Of a stretch of 64,000 bases of DNA, positions 1 through 13,695 are shown one piece after another (the stretch's first letter is position 1; each line of letters begins with the position of its first letter). The notes beneath the pieces are model-generated. The model did not search any database. It was not told the origin of the DNA and worked only from the letters and a program-made list of their open reading frames with translations. Origin of the DNA: Saccostrea cucullata. Taxonomy: Eukaryota. The position numbers were made by a program, and so were the translations under genes. Location: contig NW_026927325.1 of NCBI RefSeq assembly GCF_032062105.1, forward strand, positions 124,001 through 188,000. The letters are read 5' to 3'.

Positions 1-439
1 CATCAAAACACAGGACAAAAAAGTTTAAAAGCATTTTTTGTTGTGAAAGCAAGTTTTTGTGCGAAGAAATGATTAGCATTAAAGTTTTTTAAAACTCTTG
101 CTATTTTAAGCATCTAGGTAATAGGTATGTAGTACGTTTTTTAGTTTAAACATGAATTTTAATACATCATTTCATGTATGTATATGTACTGTCAAAATGA
201 AAGCAAGATTATACTACAAGTATTTGGAAGTAGTATTTATATAAAAAAAAATTAAATTTGCACTTTCTTTTCTAGGTACATGAATTTCTCAAACAATAAA
301 TAAATTGTGATTGGTAGATATAATGCCAGAATAGAAATTTTCATATGAAGGGAAATTCAGATCTTAAATGATATACATGTAGCTGAACACATTGGTAACA
401 AACATGCTATGCCGTCTCTTAGAGAGTGTGCATGCTAAA

Positions 440-1672
440 CTAATTCCAGGTGTACATTTCTCCCTGAGACCGCCCCTCCAAACACTTCTCTGTGGCCTGC
501 ACAGATTTCTGGGTCAGCCCCTCCTGCTCTTTATACTTCACCCCATGAATGACCACTAAATAGGCATAATTACATAGAGTCCAGCCATCGCTCATCAAAA
601 CAAATCTCCCCGAGTTAGAAGGAATGATATTTTTAGCCTCTGCTAGGATCCCCACATAGGCATCCTCAACAGGAATAGGTTTGATATATGGACTGACAGA
701 TACAAGTTTTTTAACAGTGTCCCAAGACATTAGATACCCAGCTCCACTTGCATAAGGTGGATAGTAATCTCCTTTGTAATCAGACTCGGAAACATGCCAC
801 CTATTTTCAACATTACGAATCACCTTTCTCTTCTCTAGGTCATTTGTCACTTTTCCTATATAGAGACTGCTTACATCCTGATGGTGTAAAACTAAATCAT
901 ACAGTAACTGAGTATTCACAAAGCAATCATCATCAGTCTTTAAAACAAAATTCGAATGACAATGAGCATCTGCCCATGCAAATCCATGCATCACTTTATA
1001 TGTAAGATTTCTGTAGGTATCTGTATAGCTGCCCTGCAAAATGTCCCCATACTTTTCTTTTTCCTTCTTTAATTTTTGTGTCAGTTCTAAGTAATTGCCA
1101 CTTTCTTCTGGCTCTCCAAGAAGGAATACACAATGCCATGAATATTTCTTGTTTGAGTTTGTTTTACACCAAGAGTTCCTTATCGCATTTCTCTGTTGAA
1201 AATTTTGCACTGAGGAACAAATAAAAATTAATATCACAAGTTTGCTCTCACATCTAGGTTTTGGTAAATGTATATTAACCGAGTTGGACACATTCCACAT
1301 CGCTGACTTGGAAATTTGGTCATTTTGTCTCTGGCTTCCATTACCAGATTTTATCTTGGCAATCAATTTCAATCGATGACGTCCCCTCCATTCATTGTAG
1401 TCCATTGGCACACTTGGGGTGAAGAATATGAGAACTATGGTGTAAAAGGTCAGGAATAATAAACATATCAGGAGGACGGTTGTAACACTGGTCTTAAGTA
1501 AAACTCTTGAAGACAACTGACGCTTACGCATCACGGTCTCAACTTCAAGTTTCACTAAATATCTGGACCATTTCACACCTTCTTGTGAATTGTTCAAGAG
1601 GATATTTTCCTCGGATTCCTTTGGGTTGTGTTGACCTTTTGACAGGAGTTGATGAAAGCGAGACAAACTCAT
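440..1672 (-). CDS. Beta-1,3-galactosyltransferase-like (GT31 family) type II Golgi glycosyltransferase, single coding exon
   Basis: The ORF has an N-terminal TM segment (VLLICLLFLTFYTIVLIFF) and GT31 motifs RNAIRNSW, DILQGSYTDTYRNLTYK, KTDDDCFVN (DxD), YPPYASGAGY and EDAYVG. First in-frame ATG is at 1672; the ATG at 1531 (MRKRQ, just before the TM) is an equally plausible start. Splice acceptor at 1728-1729. Confidence 0.9.
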   Translation of the reverse strand: MSLSRFHQLLSKGQHNPKESEENILLNNSQEGVKWSRYLVKLEVETVMRKRQLSSRVLLKTSVTTVLLICLLFLTFYTIVLIFFTPSVPMDYNEWRGRHRLKLIAKIKSGNGSQRQNDQISKSAMWNVSNSVNIHLPKPRCESKLVILIFICSSVQNFQQRNAIRNSWCKTNSNKKYSWHCVFLLGEPEESGNYLELTQKLKKEKEKYGDILQGSYTDTYRNLTYKVMHGFAWADAHCHSNFVLKTDDDCFVNTQLLYDLVLHHQDVSSLYIGKVTNDLEKRKVIRNVENRWHVSESDYKGDYYPPYASGAGYLMSWDTVKKLVSVSPYIKPIPVEDAYVGILAEAKNIIPSNSGRFVLMSDGWTLCNYAYLVVIHGVKYKEQEGLTQKSVQATEKCLEGRSQGEMYTWN

Positions 1673-2293
1673 GTTTAACCACGTCTTCAATCAACAGCAA
1701 GCCATTCATGTTTTCCAGGAAAGATTTCTAAAGTAAATAAATGAAAAATGTTCGTTGTTTACATTTCCTCATCAAACATTACACTTACATTTTTTTCTAA
1801 CATAGACAAATATTATTCATATCCGCAAATAACTTATTCAAATCAAAAGCTTAGTTATCTATACAGGGTTAGGATATACTAAAATACATATGCTGGCTGA
1901 ACAAAGCATCAGCCTCAGGTTATCGACTTATGGTGAATGGAAAAACCTTATTTTACTCATTTTCTTCTAAAATTACAAAATACCTAATTCATGTTGAAGC
2001 CAACTCCTTGAGCTGAGGGATTATTTCATCTTCGAGTTATTCCCCAACTTCATATGTAGTGGATATGGGTCATTTGCAAGACCACCTCGCCATTTTGAGA
2101 TATGTGTCCCTAGTAAAGGTCAAGGATGACTCGCCTTCATCATTGAACGTTTTTCATTGGCTCAGAAAGTTCTCGGATAACTTCCATACTCTAGGTAAGG
2201 CAGACAGGCGAGGAGCTCCGATTGTAAAAGTCTTTTTTGATAGGTCTTTCTCAAAATATTCTTAATTGAAAATAGCTCACCTGTTCGGGAGGG

Positions 2294-2358
2294 TAGACTG
2301 GCCTGCCTGTCTGATATCCGATATACTGCGTACGGTAAAGACAGGCAATACCAGTCTA
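2294..2358. mobile_element. 65-bp hairpin MITE with 10-bp target-site duplication
   Basis: Inverted arms TAGACTGG..TGCCTGTCT / AGACAGGCA..CCAGTCTA, flanked by exact direct repeat TTCGGGAGGG at 2284-2293 and 2359-2368. Confidence 0.7.
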
Positions 2359-3214
2359 TTCGGGAGGGTCGGGAGTTGATTATTGTCTGACGCCAGATTT
2401 ACTAGGGTGCGTCTCTCTTATTTGATTAACCAATGTATTCATTCAAGCAAATTGAAAGGGGGCTAATCGAAAGTGTGCATGTGTGTGTGTGGTGGTGGTG
2501 GGGGGTGGGGGTGGGGGGGGCTTAACCAACAAAAAAAGTAAATACCAATTTTCAATGCCTATATAATAATGTCTATTTTTGCAAAAAATAGCCCTGGCCC
2601 CCCACCCCCGGTTCCGACGTTTATGCAGAGGGTCTTGTCCCCTCCTGTTTCCCCAAATATTACTTTTTACCATTGATAAGTGACATTGAAAAGCTGGATG
2701 CCCCCTTTTTGTTACAATGTCAAGGAAATTTATGAGGAGAATTCTGTTCTGAAAGAAATTGTAGCCCTACAAATAGTATTTTCGAGTTTTCAAAAATAAA
2801 AATTGGCTTGGGCATATTTCTTCCTATCTCAACCAATCATGTGGTATTATGTTTTTTAGTCTTCAGGAATATCAATTGAGCTTCATTTTCACAAATTTTC
2901 TGCAATTTATAGTTCGTGTGCGCTATTTTCCACCAGCCTCGGTGCAATATTTTCCACCCTTCTTTCAACTGAACTAGTGACACTGATATTTACAATTTAC
3001 AATACTATAGATGCGATTTTTCTGTTGATTTACATTTATCATATTATAAATTTTGAATTTATTGGGACTAATGTGGACGTACATGCAGAATTCACGACAA
3101 GAAAGTTTTTCATGTTGAAAACTTATGCATTTACCTCCACCCAGTAAATTCAAAAATTACAGCATGATAATAGAACTGCAATTTTTCAATGTATTTTTTT
3201 TTATTATTATTATA

Positions 3215-4295
3215 CAATCGAAGATTCGGGGATATTTAGTTTTTGCCCTGTCCGTCCTTCTTTCTGCCCTGGCTGTACGTTTGTCTTTTTGTTCGCAAAA
3301 ACTTGAACCTTGACCATAACTTCTGCATGAGTGGCTGGTGCTATGGCTTTCATATTCCACAGGTATATCCCTTGTCACAAGACCTTTCTTTCGGTAGGCT
3401 TACCACAAACTTGATTCTTGACCTTGGAGTTTGACTCTCTTTTACCCCCCAAAAATAATAAATTCCACACTTTAATCTTGACAGTAACCAACCAAGGCTT
3501 TCATTATTTCATTTCAATTTCATATTATTATTGTTTCCCTTTGACCTTGACATTAGAGTTTGACCCACTTAAAAAATCTTTAGCCTTTGTCAAAACTTTT
3601 GATCAGTTAGCACTGCGGCTTTTGTATTTCAATGGTATATATTCCTAGTGACAAAACCCTTCTTTGGATACAAATAATGTTGACCTTGACCTTTGGAGTT
3701 TGGTTTGTAATTGAGAAACTTCAACCCAAGCCATGAGCTGCCATACGGAGGCATGATCAGTGTGTGTGTTTTTATGCATCCGGAACGATAGATCGGTGTC
3801 GTATATTGTTTTTGTCATGTCTTTCTGTTTGTCTGTTTATCTGTCTGTCTGTTGTCAATTTCAACATTCACCATAACTTTTGAACCATGAGAGATAGAGA
3901 CTTCATGTTTGGTACGCTTGCTCCACAAATTAAGCTCTTTCAAAATACACCAAGGCCAATGACCTTGTGACATTGACTGTAACCTATATGCTAAAAATGG
4001 CTTTTTTCGGACTTTCGCCATAACTTTTGAATCATAGGAGATAGAGACTTCATATATTTGGTATGCATGCACTAATTAAGTTTTTTTCAAATGGAACCAA
4101 GGTCGATGACTTTGTGACCTTGACTGTGACCTATATGCTAAAAATAGCCTTTTTGAATTTTCGCCGTAACTTTTGAACCATAAGAGACAGAGACTTCATA
4201 TTTGGTATGCGTACTCCGCTAATTAAGTTCTTTCAAATAACTCCAAGGCCAATGACATTGTGACATAGACCGTGACCTATATGCTAAAAATATTT
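3215..4295. mobile_element. Non-autonomous Helentron/pearl-like elements with internal tandem array (~146-bp unit)
   Basis: (GTCT)n-like microsatellite at 3820-3850 is followed by three copies of a unit starting ATAACTTTTGAACCAT..GAGACTTCAT at ~3873, ~4020 and ~4166. A more decayed TGACCTTGA-rich copy lies at 3215-3760. This architecture is typical of bivalve Helentron-associated repeats. Confidence 0.65.
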
Positions 4296-4299
4296 TTTT

Positions 4300-6213
4300 C
4301 GAACAAATGAATAATTTGTTTTAACAAATTATCAATTTGATATAGCAGATTAGTAATTTGTTATAACAAATTACTAATTTGTTATAACAGATTAATAATT
4401 TGTTATAACAAATTATCAATTTATTATTTATAACAAATTACTATTTTTGGACATTTGACATGTACACAGAACTATGGAATCTATATCAGATTAGAAATCA
4501 TTAAAACATTGAATTTGTGAAACAATAATCACACGCTCTGCAGAGCTTTTCACATCTATGTTTCTAAAAGCAGCTCAGAGTTTTCACTTCAAACATCAAT
4601 GCCATGATAAATTGCATCAAAGTCCTTGATTCTATTCCTTATACACTGTAGCTTATTCTTGGAAGCTTTAATGAAAATTTGTCCGATGAACAATAAAAGT
4701 GTAATTGATGCCCCCCCTCTTTACGGGGGGACTGTTTTCAGCTTTCTTAGTTAAAGAAATAAACTTGATAGCACCCATTTCGTATGCTATGAAAAAATTA
4801 TCTTATTTAAGGCATGCAACAAAATGTTACATGTTTTCTTTTGTTTTTGTTCATTTTATAACCTCTCTCTCTCACTCTGGATTCATTCTTAACATGTGAC
4901 ATGATCTACATTGAATCCTGCTTTTCGACAGGCATTTATGCCTACTGTTCAACCCAATTTATGTATAAGGAATAAAATCTTTAAACTAAATCCCAAAATC
5001 CTGGAAAAAAAATTACTGCTCCTAAAAAATTGTGAACATTCCATGGTTTACTATAATTAATAAGCTTCTTTTTCTTTAACTTACTTTTTTTTTTACAGTA
5101 TTTGAACATAGGCACCATTGACCTAAATAAAATGAATTTGCAGATAAATTATTAAGGAAAAAATCTACATTCACAGATTAACAACCTTCCCCGGAAAAGG
5201 TTTTCTTGGCATGGTGAAAAAAACCCCCACAATATTCTTGCATCAAATTCTTTTGGGTAGCGCTTGGTAATAAAATTTAATATTAAATACCTAATATATC
5301 ATTCAATTTTTTGTATGCAAAAATAATCAAATTTAAATATTTAAAAAAATCCTTCAACGAGCAAAAAAAAGAGCCAAAACTCTTTTACGTGCTCTCAACA
5401 TAAGTCCCACTAAAGCCTTTTTTATTGGAATAAAATCTTTAACAGTTACAAATGACTTTGTGAACATCCAGAAATCCGTAAAAAGCTGTGAGAAACATAA
5501 GCAACATTGACCAAAATTTTTTGATAAATTAACCTGGCTTTCGTAACAACTTTCGGAAAACGAAAGGAAAAAAAATTTCAAATTTTGTCTTGGTAAAAAA
5601 TAGTAATTTATTTTATCAATTCTTTTGTATGCGTGAAATTTTTATAATAAAAAAAGAGCCTGCTTAAAAAGCTCTCAATAGTCCCACTAAAGTCTTTTTA
5701 TTGGCCGAAAATTTTAACAGTTACAAATTATTTTCAGAAATCCGACTTAAACTAAGATTTGTTTATTTAACCTGGCTTTCGTAGATCTGTATACATTTCA
5801 AATTTTGTCAAAAATAGTAATTTATTTTATCAAATTACTAATTTGTTTTAACAAATTATTAAGTTGTTATAACAAATTATTAATCTGTTATAACAAATTA
5901 CTAATTTGTTATGACAAATTTTTAATTTGTTATGACAAATTTTTAATTTGTTATATCAAATTATTAATCTGTTATATCAAATTATTAATCTGCTATATCA
6001 AATTAATAATCTGTTATATGAAATTAGTTATTTGTTATAACAAATTAGTAATCTGTTATATCAAATTAGTAATTTGTTATAACAAATTTTTAATCTGTTA
6101 TAACAAATTATTAATCTGTTATAACAAATTACTAATTTCTTATAACAAATTACTAATTTCTTATAACAAATTACTAATTTGTTATAACAAATTATTAATT
6201 TGTTTAAACAAAT
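4300..6213. mobile_element. Foldback-like element with terminal inverted arrays of a 21-bp minisatellite
   Basis: A 21-bp near-palindromic unit (ATAACAAATTACTAATTTGTT) is arrayed at 4300-4440 and 5825-6213 in opposite orientation. Inner boundaries are reverse complements (AAATTACTATTTTTGGACA vs TGTCAAAAATAGTAATTT). Internal ~285-bp diverged direct duplication at ~5363 and ~5650. Confidence 0.65.
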
Positions 6214-6456
6214 TGAAACTTGTGCTGAGAAGCTTGAATTTACACACCTTCATTTCACTTTATGGATTTCACCCAGTATCTCTTTCAAGACATATAATTT
6301 CATCAAGTGTATGTACATTTAACGTTAAATTTTTCAGAGAATAACCAAAAAATTGCTTTGTTCGTATTAGGCTCCCAACCCTTCTAACAATATGCATAAC
6401 TGCAGCATAAGGTTAAAATTGAACAGTTTTTTTTTTTTTTTTTTTTTGGCTGGATA

Positions 6457-6514
6457 CATCCTCACAATGTCAAGGGTTTGTGATTTCTCACAAACCCTTG
6501 ACATTGTGAGGATG
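6457..6514. mobile_element. 58-bp perfect hairpin element with 9-bp TSD
   Basis: 27-bp perfect arms CATCCTCACAATGTCAAGGGTTTGTGA with a 4-nt loop; flanks GGCTGGATA / GGCTAGATA (one mismatch). Confidence 0.75.
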
Positions 6515-9500
6515 GGCTAGATATTGCATGGTCAAAGTCTCAAAGACTTATTTATAAAACCATAGCGCAACAGCTGTAGGCATTCATTTAGATCGGGTTC
6601 GTTATTCATTCATACATCTACCGGCGTGATCAGCGGCACTATACTTATTTATCCGTCTAACTAAAGAATCTCAGGCACAGAACTAAAGTAAAGGTAAACT
6701 GTTTCTTTTGCAAGTTAAATCTTAAGTAATCTTATGTTAATTTACTGTCTTTAGCTGTAGGAAGACAAATTTGACCCAGTGCATAGTAACGCAAAGCCAA
6801 GGGCAATAATTCTGTTACACAACACTATCTGATCAAAATAATGGGAATGTTTCATCAGAGACTTTAACTTAAAAATCTGGTTTCATTTGGGGTTTTTTAT
6901 GGTAGAAAAAGTTAAAGGATAAATATATAATGAAATTTTACGGTATAGAGATTTATATACTGAAGGAAACCTATTTCAATATTTTGGGGAAAACATGATT
7001 TCATAAGGCAATTAAATCAAATGATGTCTTAACAGTACACTATGCACAACTTTGAGCAGGTTGTATAAATTCAAAACAAAATTCTTAGAGTTTTTCTTTT
7101 TCAGATCTCTATATACAACTGAGTATATACATAGTAAGTTTGTCATCTTACAAAGCACCTACTTTAATATTGACTTTTTGTTCCTGTAGGGGTCAAACAG
7201 GTGGTTAAAAATCAAGTGATCACTCTCTCCCACTTCAAATAAAACATCAGAATTCAGCATGACCTAAATTTTAATAAATCTGGTAAAATTGGGAACTTTT
7301 GATTTTTTTTTTTTTTTGAAATCTTGATATAAGATGTCTGGGTAGCACAGTGGTACTCACAGTGCACTTGCTTAGTTCTCAACTTCTCACCACTGCAGTC
7401 CAAGTTTAATCCAGGGCTGTGAACTGCTTATGTGTATTAGAGTAAGCAGAGTAAGCTGCCCAAAGCAGAAAAGGCTTTAGGGGGGGGGGGGGCTCCAGGA
7501 ACTTTTTTGCCTTTACCATAAAATAATTGAATTAATGTTAAGTTAAATACACATGAGAAATGAAATTATTAAACATGAATTAAGATCAATAATCATAAAA
7601 TTAATGCAGTATTTTAAACTGATACAAAAATTCAAATATAGCTGAAATGAAACAAATAATATATCTGAATTAAACTCATGATATTGAAGCTAAAAAATTA
7701 CATGAACTGAATTAAAATCTGTGAAAATCAGTCATATTCATGATATAAGAATCACTCTGTAGATTTTGATATTTAGGTGTTTCACAACTAGTCCAATACC
7801 TATGAAGGAAGTTTAATCAGTATATATACATTTATATTCAAACTGAGTGTATTAGTGCAAATTGCACTTGGCTGCTATTTATTTCCTGTACTGGTTTTGG
7901 AAGTATATATATATCTTTTGTATTTTGCTCTACTAGTATGAGGATCATACTACTCAAAGTGGAATCCCTTTTACCAATTATCTGCATAGTTTTGGAATTA
8001 TAGCACTTTCACCATAACTGATATTGATAAATGAATAACATTGGGCAATTTTTTTTTTAACAGATAATTACTGGTATACAATATCTATTGGACAATTGTT
8101 GTTACATTATATTTCACCAATATTTTATCAATTTGCCCTAGCTGCAAAAGAACATTATTGTGAAGAAGTCTTTTTGAATTAGCTTTCTTGTCTTAATTAT
8201 CTTTAAAATACAAATGCTATTATATGATGGTAAGAATAAAGTTTAAAAAAAAAAAGTGTAGTAAAAACAATTGTAAGTATGTGTATATGAAGTACTAAGC
8301 TATTCAATTCAAAATACATATTGAATGTATCAATTTGCAAATTAAATAAAGAGAATAAGATTGCTTGAATTTCCATACTAAATATAGTATTAGAATTGTA
8401 CTGCAGGGATAATTCTGAATAGATTCTTCATCTCTGATCTGTTATTAATGGATAAGGACCCTTCATTATCATTACATGTATTAGTATTATGATGTAATAC
8501 ATGTACTGTATATCACACATCCATGGCATCCACATACACTTATATTTATTTTATAATGAAATAAAAAGGTAATGGTCAATGGTGATGTCATTCATTTATT
8601 TAAATCTTAAGTAGCAGTGATGTCTATGTGAAAGAATGAAAAATATTAAAGGGATTTTGTCAATAAAAGATTTCTTCACAGATACTCAGTTTTTGACTTT
8701 CCTTATAATTGTTTGTTAGTCTGTAAACTACTTTTTCTAAAACTACAATGCCATCAGTTTTGATTTGATTTCAATAAGACTTGGAACATGAATAGGTAAG
8801 ATGATAATATTGGTTATTGATTGAAAACATGTTGCCATGGTTATTACACATAGAAAGTTCTTTGAAATTCTTTCAAAATGCTTGACTGTCATTATTTCTT
8901 GGCATTTTGATTGTACATTTTTAGCATGCAAAAAAATGACATCATAACATTTGTTCATTCACAGCTTGGAATTTCATAAAAATGATTGAGTTGGGTAGTG
9001 ATGGATTAAACCAATAAGGAGTTTAGGAAATAAATCTATGAAATCTCTCAAAATGCTATAGTTTTATTTTAATTTATTGAAACTTTGTTTTATGTTCATA
9101 AAAAGAAAAATGATTGAATCTATAGATATAAAAAAAAATTGTAAAAGTTAAATATATTTCTAGTCCAGATGCCCTTCTTTACATTTAGTCCAAGTACAAA
9201 CAGTAGAGCTGCAGTCTCTTTTAAGACTTTGTTTGAAATTTCATTTGATTCATGAAATGACTTAAATTGAAAATGTGAAGGCTACTTGGTATATGTGTAT
9301 AAAGCAAATTAGCGAATACAGATGAATAATTTTTTCTTTGTTTGTAGAAAATATTTTGAACCTAGACGCTTAATGATGAATGCACTACTAGTAACTAATA
9401 ATTTAAAAATGATTAATGTGCATAAATTACTAAGGTCGCAGGAAAATCGGTATTGTTCAAAAATTTATTCAGGAATCAGGTCGTTTTAATTAACAATGAA

Positions 9501-10500
9501 TTGTGTTATCTCTATTGAAATTATTATATTTTTATAATATCAACACTGTATTTATTATCACCATTATTAATAATTGATATTATTTCCTTATTCATAAAAC
9601 AATTGTCTTTGTTCTTCTATGTAAATGGATATATTATTGTAAAATTTTGTTAATGTTGTATGGCTATTGAGATATTATGTATGGGAGAGGACTATCTAAG
9701 TTTCTAGAACTTGTGTCCGATCCCTTTGACATATTGTCAATAAAATATGTTCAAAACAAGGTTCAGCATGCAGATTCAGTAACGATTATTTTCCAATCTC
9801 ATTAAACAATGCCGTTCTCATTTGCATCTGGGTATAAATTGCAATAAACAAGGATGAAGCTTCTTAATGCCATGGAAACTCAATGTGTCACCATTAGAGA
9901 CTTTACATTGACATTTATGTAAGATGTACCGAGCTTTCAGACAGAGACAAGAACAAGCTGTACACCAGGTAGACACCAAACAGGTAAAGTCAAAATACCC
10001 CTAGGTGTTTATGTGAAGCTGGATGATATTTAATTAAAGTGAATCATTTATGGTTGAAGTGATCTTGTTGAATTATGACTATTTTGTGGAGAGTGCCTAC
10101 ATTAGTGTAAATGTTTTTTTTAATTTGCCACAGTTTTATCAGTGATGCCTTCTTCTGTTGGTTCTAGAATCTTTCGAGGAGTTGGAGAAAATAGGAATGT
10201 ATGTTCTCAGTTATTGAGTAATTTTCAGAATTGTTTAGATTAGTTACAAAATTAAGAACTGATAGATTGAAGTATATTTTAGTAAGGGTTTTGTTTAACA
10301 TGGATCTATAACTAAGAGCCAGAGGCAAAGCCTTATTCGAGACTGAGTTTATAAGACATTAAACAGGTGTTTCAGTGTATACACAGTATTACCGGAGTCA
10401 CTTCCCAGTTTAGCTATTGATTTGTTTAAGTTTTCTGGAGCAATCAATACATCAAATGTTAATTAGCAGGTTTTCCTTTTAACAGATTCCAAGCAATAAC

Positions 10501-13210
10501 ATGGCAGAACTGAAATTGACAAAGCCAGCACCAGAGTTCAAAGGTCAGGCAGTAGTGGATGGAGAATTTCAGGATATAGCGCTGTCAAACTACAAGGGAA
10601 AATACCTAGTATTATTCTTCTACCCTCTAGATTTGTAAGTTGTTCATAAGGTGTTTAATATATATACTGTAATTAACACTTAAGAATGACAATTTCTCAT
10701 TACTTTTTTCATTATCTTAATTAGTAGTATTGATGGAGTATTGATTCTGTCCCTAAGAACAAATGATTAAGAGTATATTCTTCAGCTTATCACATTATGT
10801 TCTTCAGTTTCTTTATCATTGAGAGTGTGCTGGATGAAAACTATTTAGGGATCTGCAAAACACATTGAACTTGCCATTTTTTTTGCATTTGCTTTCTTTG
10901 TCAGGAGCTTTTTAATATACAATTTTTTCTATTGCATGTAATTGTATCATAATATAATATGTAATGATTATAAACCTGACAATGAATGATTTACGAAGAA
11001 ATTAATAAATTGAGCTTGTATTTTTTTAGCACATTTGTATGCCCTACAGAAATCATTGCCTTCAGCGATAGGGTAGAAGAATTCCGATCCATCAACTGTG
11101 AAGTAGTCGCCTGCTCTACAGATAGTGTATTCTCCCACTTAGCATGGTGAGTTCATTTCTGCCAGACTTTGGAAAATAGTTCTGGGTAATTAGTCATGTG
11201 GGTTCTTAAAATTGCCATGTATTCCCATACTAATGACCCCCTTTGCCTCACACTTGTTTTAAGGCCAGGGTACAAGATTAATAATGCTGGGGTCTTGTAC
11301 AACTGAACATGTACATGTAAAGCTGTGTCAAGTGTCAAGAAAATTAAATTCATTATTGTAATTGAACTATAACTAAATACTCAATGTAAATATATTATCT
11401 TATTGTAGATATATTATCTATTTTTGACAATGCAGAATTATAAGAAAAATTAGGTACTAGTATCATTTTTAAATATGTGTATCATCACTTTCTCTTTATT
11501 TAATGCTTTATTCAAGTGTAACTGAGAGTCTTTTATATCTATAGTGTTATTGCTGTGTACTAGTATGATTTTCCCCTAGCTGTTATTGCTACTATTCTTT
11601 TATATAAATCATATACTCACTATCTGCTGTGTTCTATTTGAGATGAAATATTGTCTAAAACCAGGAAATTAGCACAAAAAATTGGATAGGATCAGTTATA
11701 AAACTAGTTGATAATGAACTCTCAAATATAAATTTTTACAACTTTTATTGCAAGTTGGACAAATTCAGATGAATTATTTATTAATATGTTGATACTTCAT
11801 AATCTAAAATAAGTTAACAGTTTATTAGTTGCATTTAATGTTGCATAAATGTATATATTTTAAAGCTTGTACCGGTATATAAGTGTGCAGCTCACCTCAA
11901 CTGTGTGTAAACAGTACCAGTGTTATTAGTTGTACTCTATTTGTTGCATACAATTTATTAAAGTTTTGAATTTGTTAAGAATTCATTAATTATTATTTTG
12001 TAGGATCAATACTCCAAGGAAGCAGGGTGGATTAGGAGAGATGAAGATTCCATTACTAGCTGACAAAAATATGGAGATTAGTAAAGCTTATGGTGTGCTC
12101 AAGGAAGATGATGGAATTGCATTTAGGTCTGCTAACATTGCAACACCTGTATAATTGTAGGATTTTTCTGAAGGCTAACTAAAATGTAACCAAACTTGCA
12201 AGGATTACTTGCTTCTACCGGGCTTGAGATGCCCTTTATGATGGATTATAATGACACAATTTGAAATATTTTACAGTGTTCTTAACATTTTATTAGACAA
12301 GAATGAAATAATTCATAAAACAACTGGAGAACTAGAACCAGTTCTAGAGTATTAGCACTTGCAAATGTAATAAGGAGTTAAATTCATTAACTTTGAAATA
12401 AATTAACTGACATTTTTTTCAGGGGGTTATTTATTATTGATGGTAAAGGAAATTTACGTCAGTACACGATGAATGATTTACCTGTTGGAAGGTCTGTTGA
12501 TGAGACATTGAGACTCGTACAAGCCTTCCAGTTCACTGATAAACATGGAGAAGGTATACAGGCTCAAAATATCTATTGATGAGAAAACTTAATGTTCATT
12601 TTATGAAACTGTGTAAGTTCTGTGAAAAGCATTTGAAAAATGAAAATTCCAAAGTAAAATATGCATATTAAGGTTCATAAACCCTCTGCTCACTCAAGTA
12701 AAATGTTTCTTAACTTTTATAATTTTCCAAAGGAAATATAAATGCTAAGTAAAATTCAAACAATTATAGCAGTGCTTGCAGCACAAAATTTGACCAAAAA
12801 GACACTTCAACTTGACAAAGACATTTCTGTCATTAAGAGTTACCTCTCTTATCAGAATATCGACATACCTTAAATTTTGAACCATGCATGTAAATAAAGT
12901 TTATCAATATTTACTTCTTTGTCTTTAACTCTGAGTAAGTTGAATACAAAAAAATAATAAGATAAAATTAACAGACAAATGATAGATCTGAGGAATGGAG
13001 ATACATTTATCAGTGTTTGAGATACCAAAATTTAACTGATCCTTGAACTGTGAAAACTTGACTTAAGCTTTGTGTGAAATGCTAAGCTTATAGACACTGT
13101 AAATGCTATTTTTATGATTTTCAGTGTGCCCTGCTGGTTGGAAGCCTGGGGCTGATACAATAAAGCCCAATGTCAAGGACAGCCAAAAATTCTTCCAAAA
13201 AAATAAATAA
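10501..13210 (+). CDS. PRDX: Typical 2-Cys peroxiredoxin (Prx1/AhpC subfamily); coding exons 10501-10634, 11030-11146, 12004-12126, 12423-12553, 13125-13210
   Basis: Spliced translation [71 protein letters not shown] contains both catalytic Cys. All introns are GT-AG and in phase. Probable non-coding first exon ends at 6693 (AAG|GTAAAC). Confidence 0.96.
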
Positions 13211-13695
13211 ATTTGACACACTGACTGAGCATTGATCCTAGTCAAGTCAGTTCTCTTCCCAGGAAAAGTTTCTGCTACACAAGACAGTTAACATTTACAT
13301 TTATGTCCATTTTTTATTTTATCCTAATGCTGCCATCAGGTCTAGAATTAACAGTGAAGTTAATACTTTTTATGAGATTTTTTTTGTATTTACATTTGTT
13401 TTAGTGGCATATAAATGTAGTACTTTTGTTTCTGAGTGTTTTTGTTTTTTAATAGAATAAAAGCCAAGTTGAAAACTTTGTAAAATGTTTTTGATACATA
13501 ACCGTTTCTTTGCAATAAATTAGTTCTGAGCAACATGCTAGTGTTTCTTTTTCTCTTTGAAAAAGGACAGCCTCCTAAAAGAGGCCCACTCTATGCATAT
13601 TGTATGTTTTTCAACAAATGGGAATTTTCCTACATGACCATGATTGTGTAATTGAAGGTCTTCTCTTACCATGATTTCTTCAACCGCCCTTCATG

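Noticed and set aside
2059-2265. + strand ORF with donor at 2195 as a targeting-peptide exon for Prx
   Set aside because: Its phase (1) does not match the phase-0 entry of the Prx exon at 10486; at most a non-coding exon.
5805-6344. 179-aa ORF of KLLICYN heptads; array superficially CRISPR-like
   Set aside because: It is the translation of a 21-bp minisatellite, with no unique spacers and no cas genes, in a eukaryotic context.
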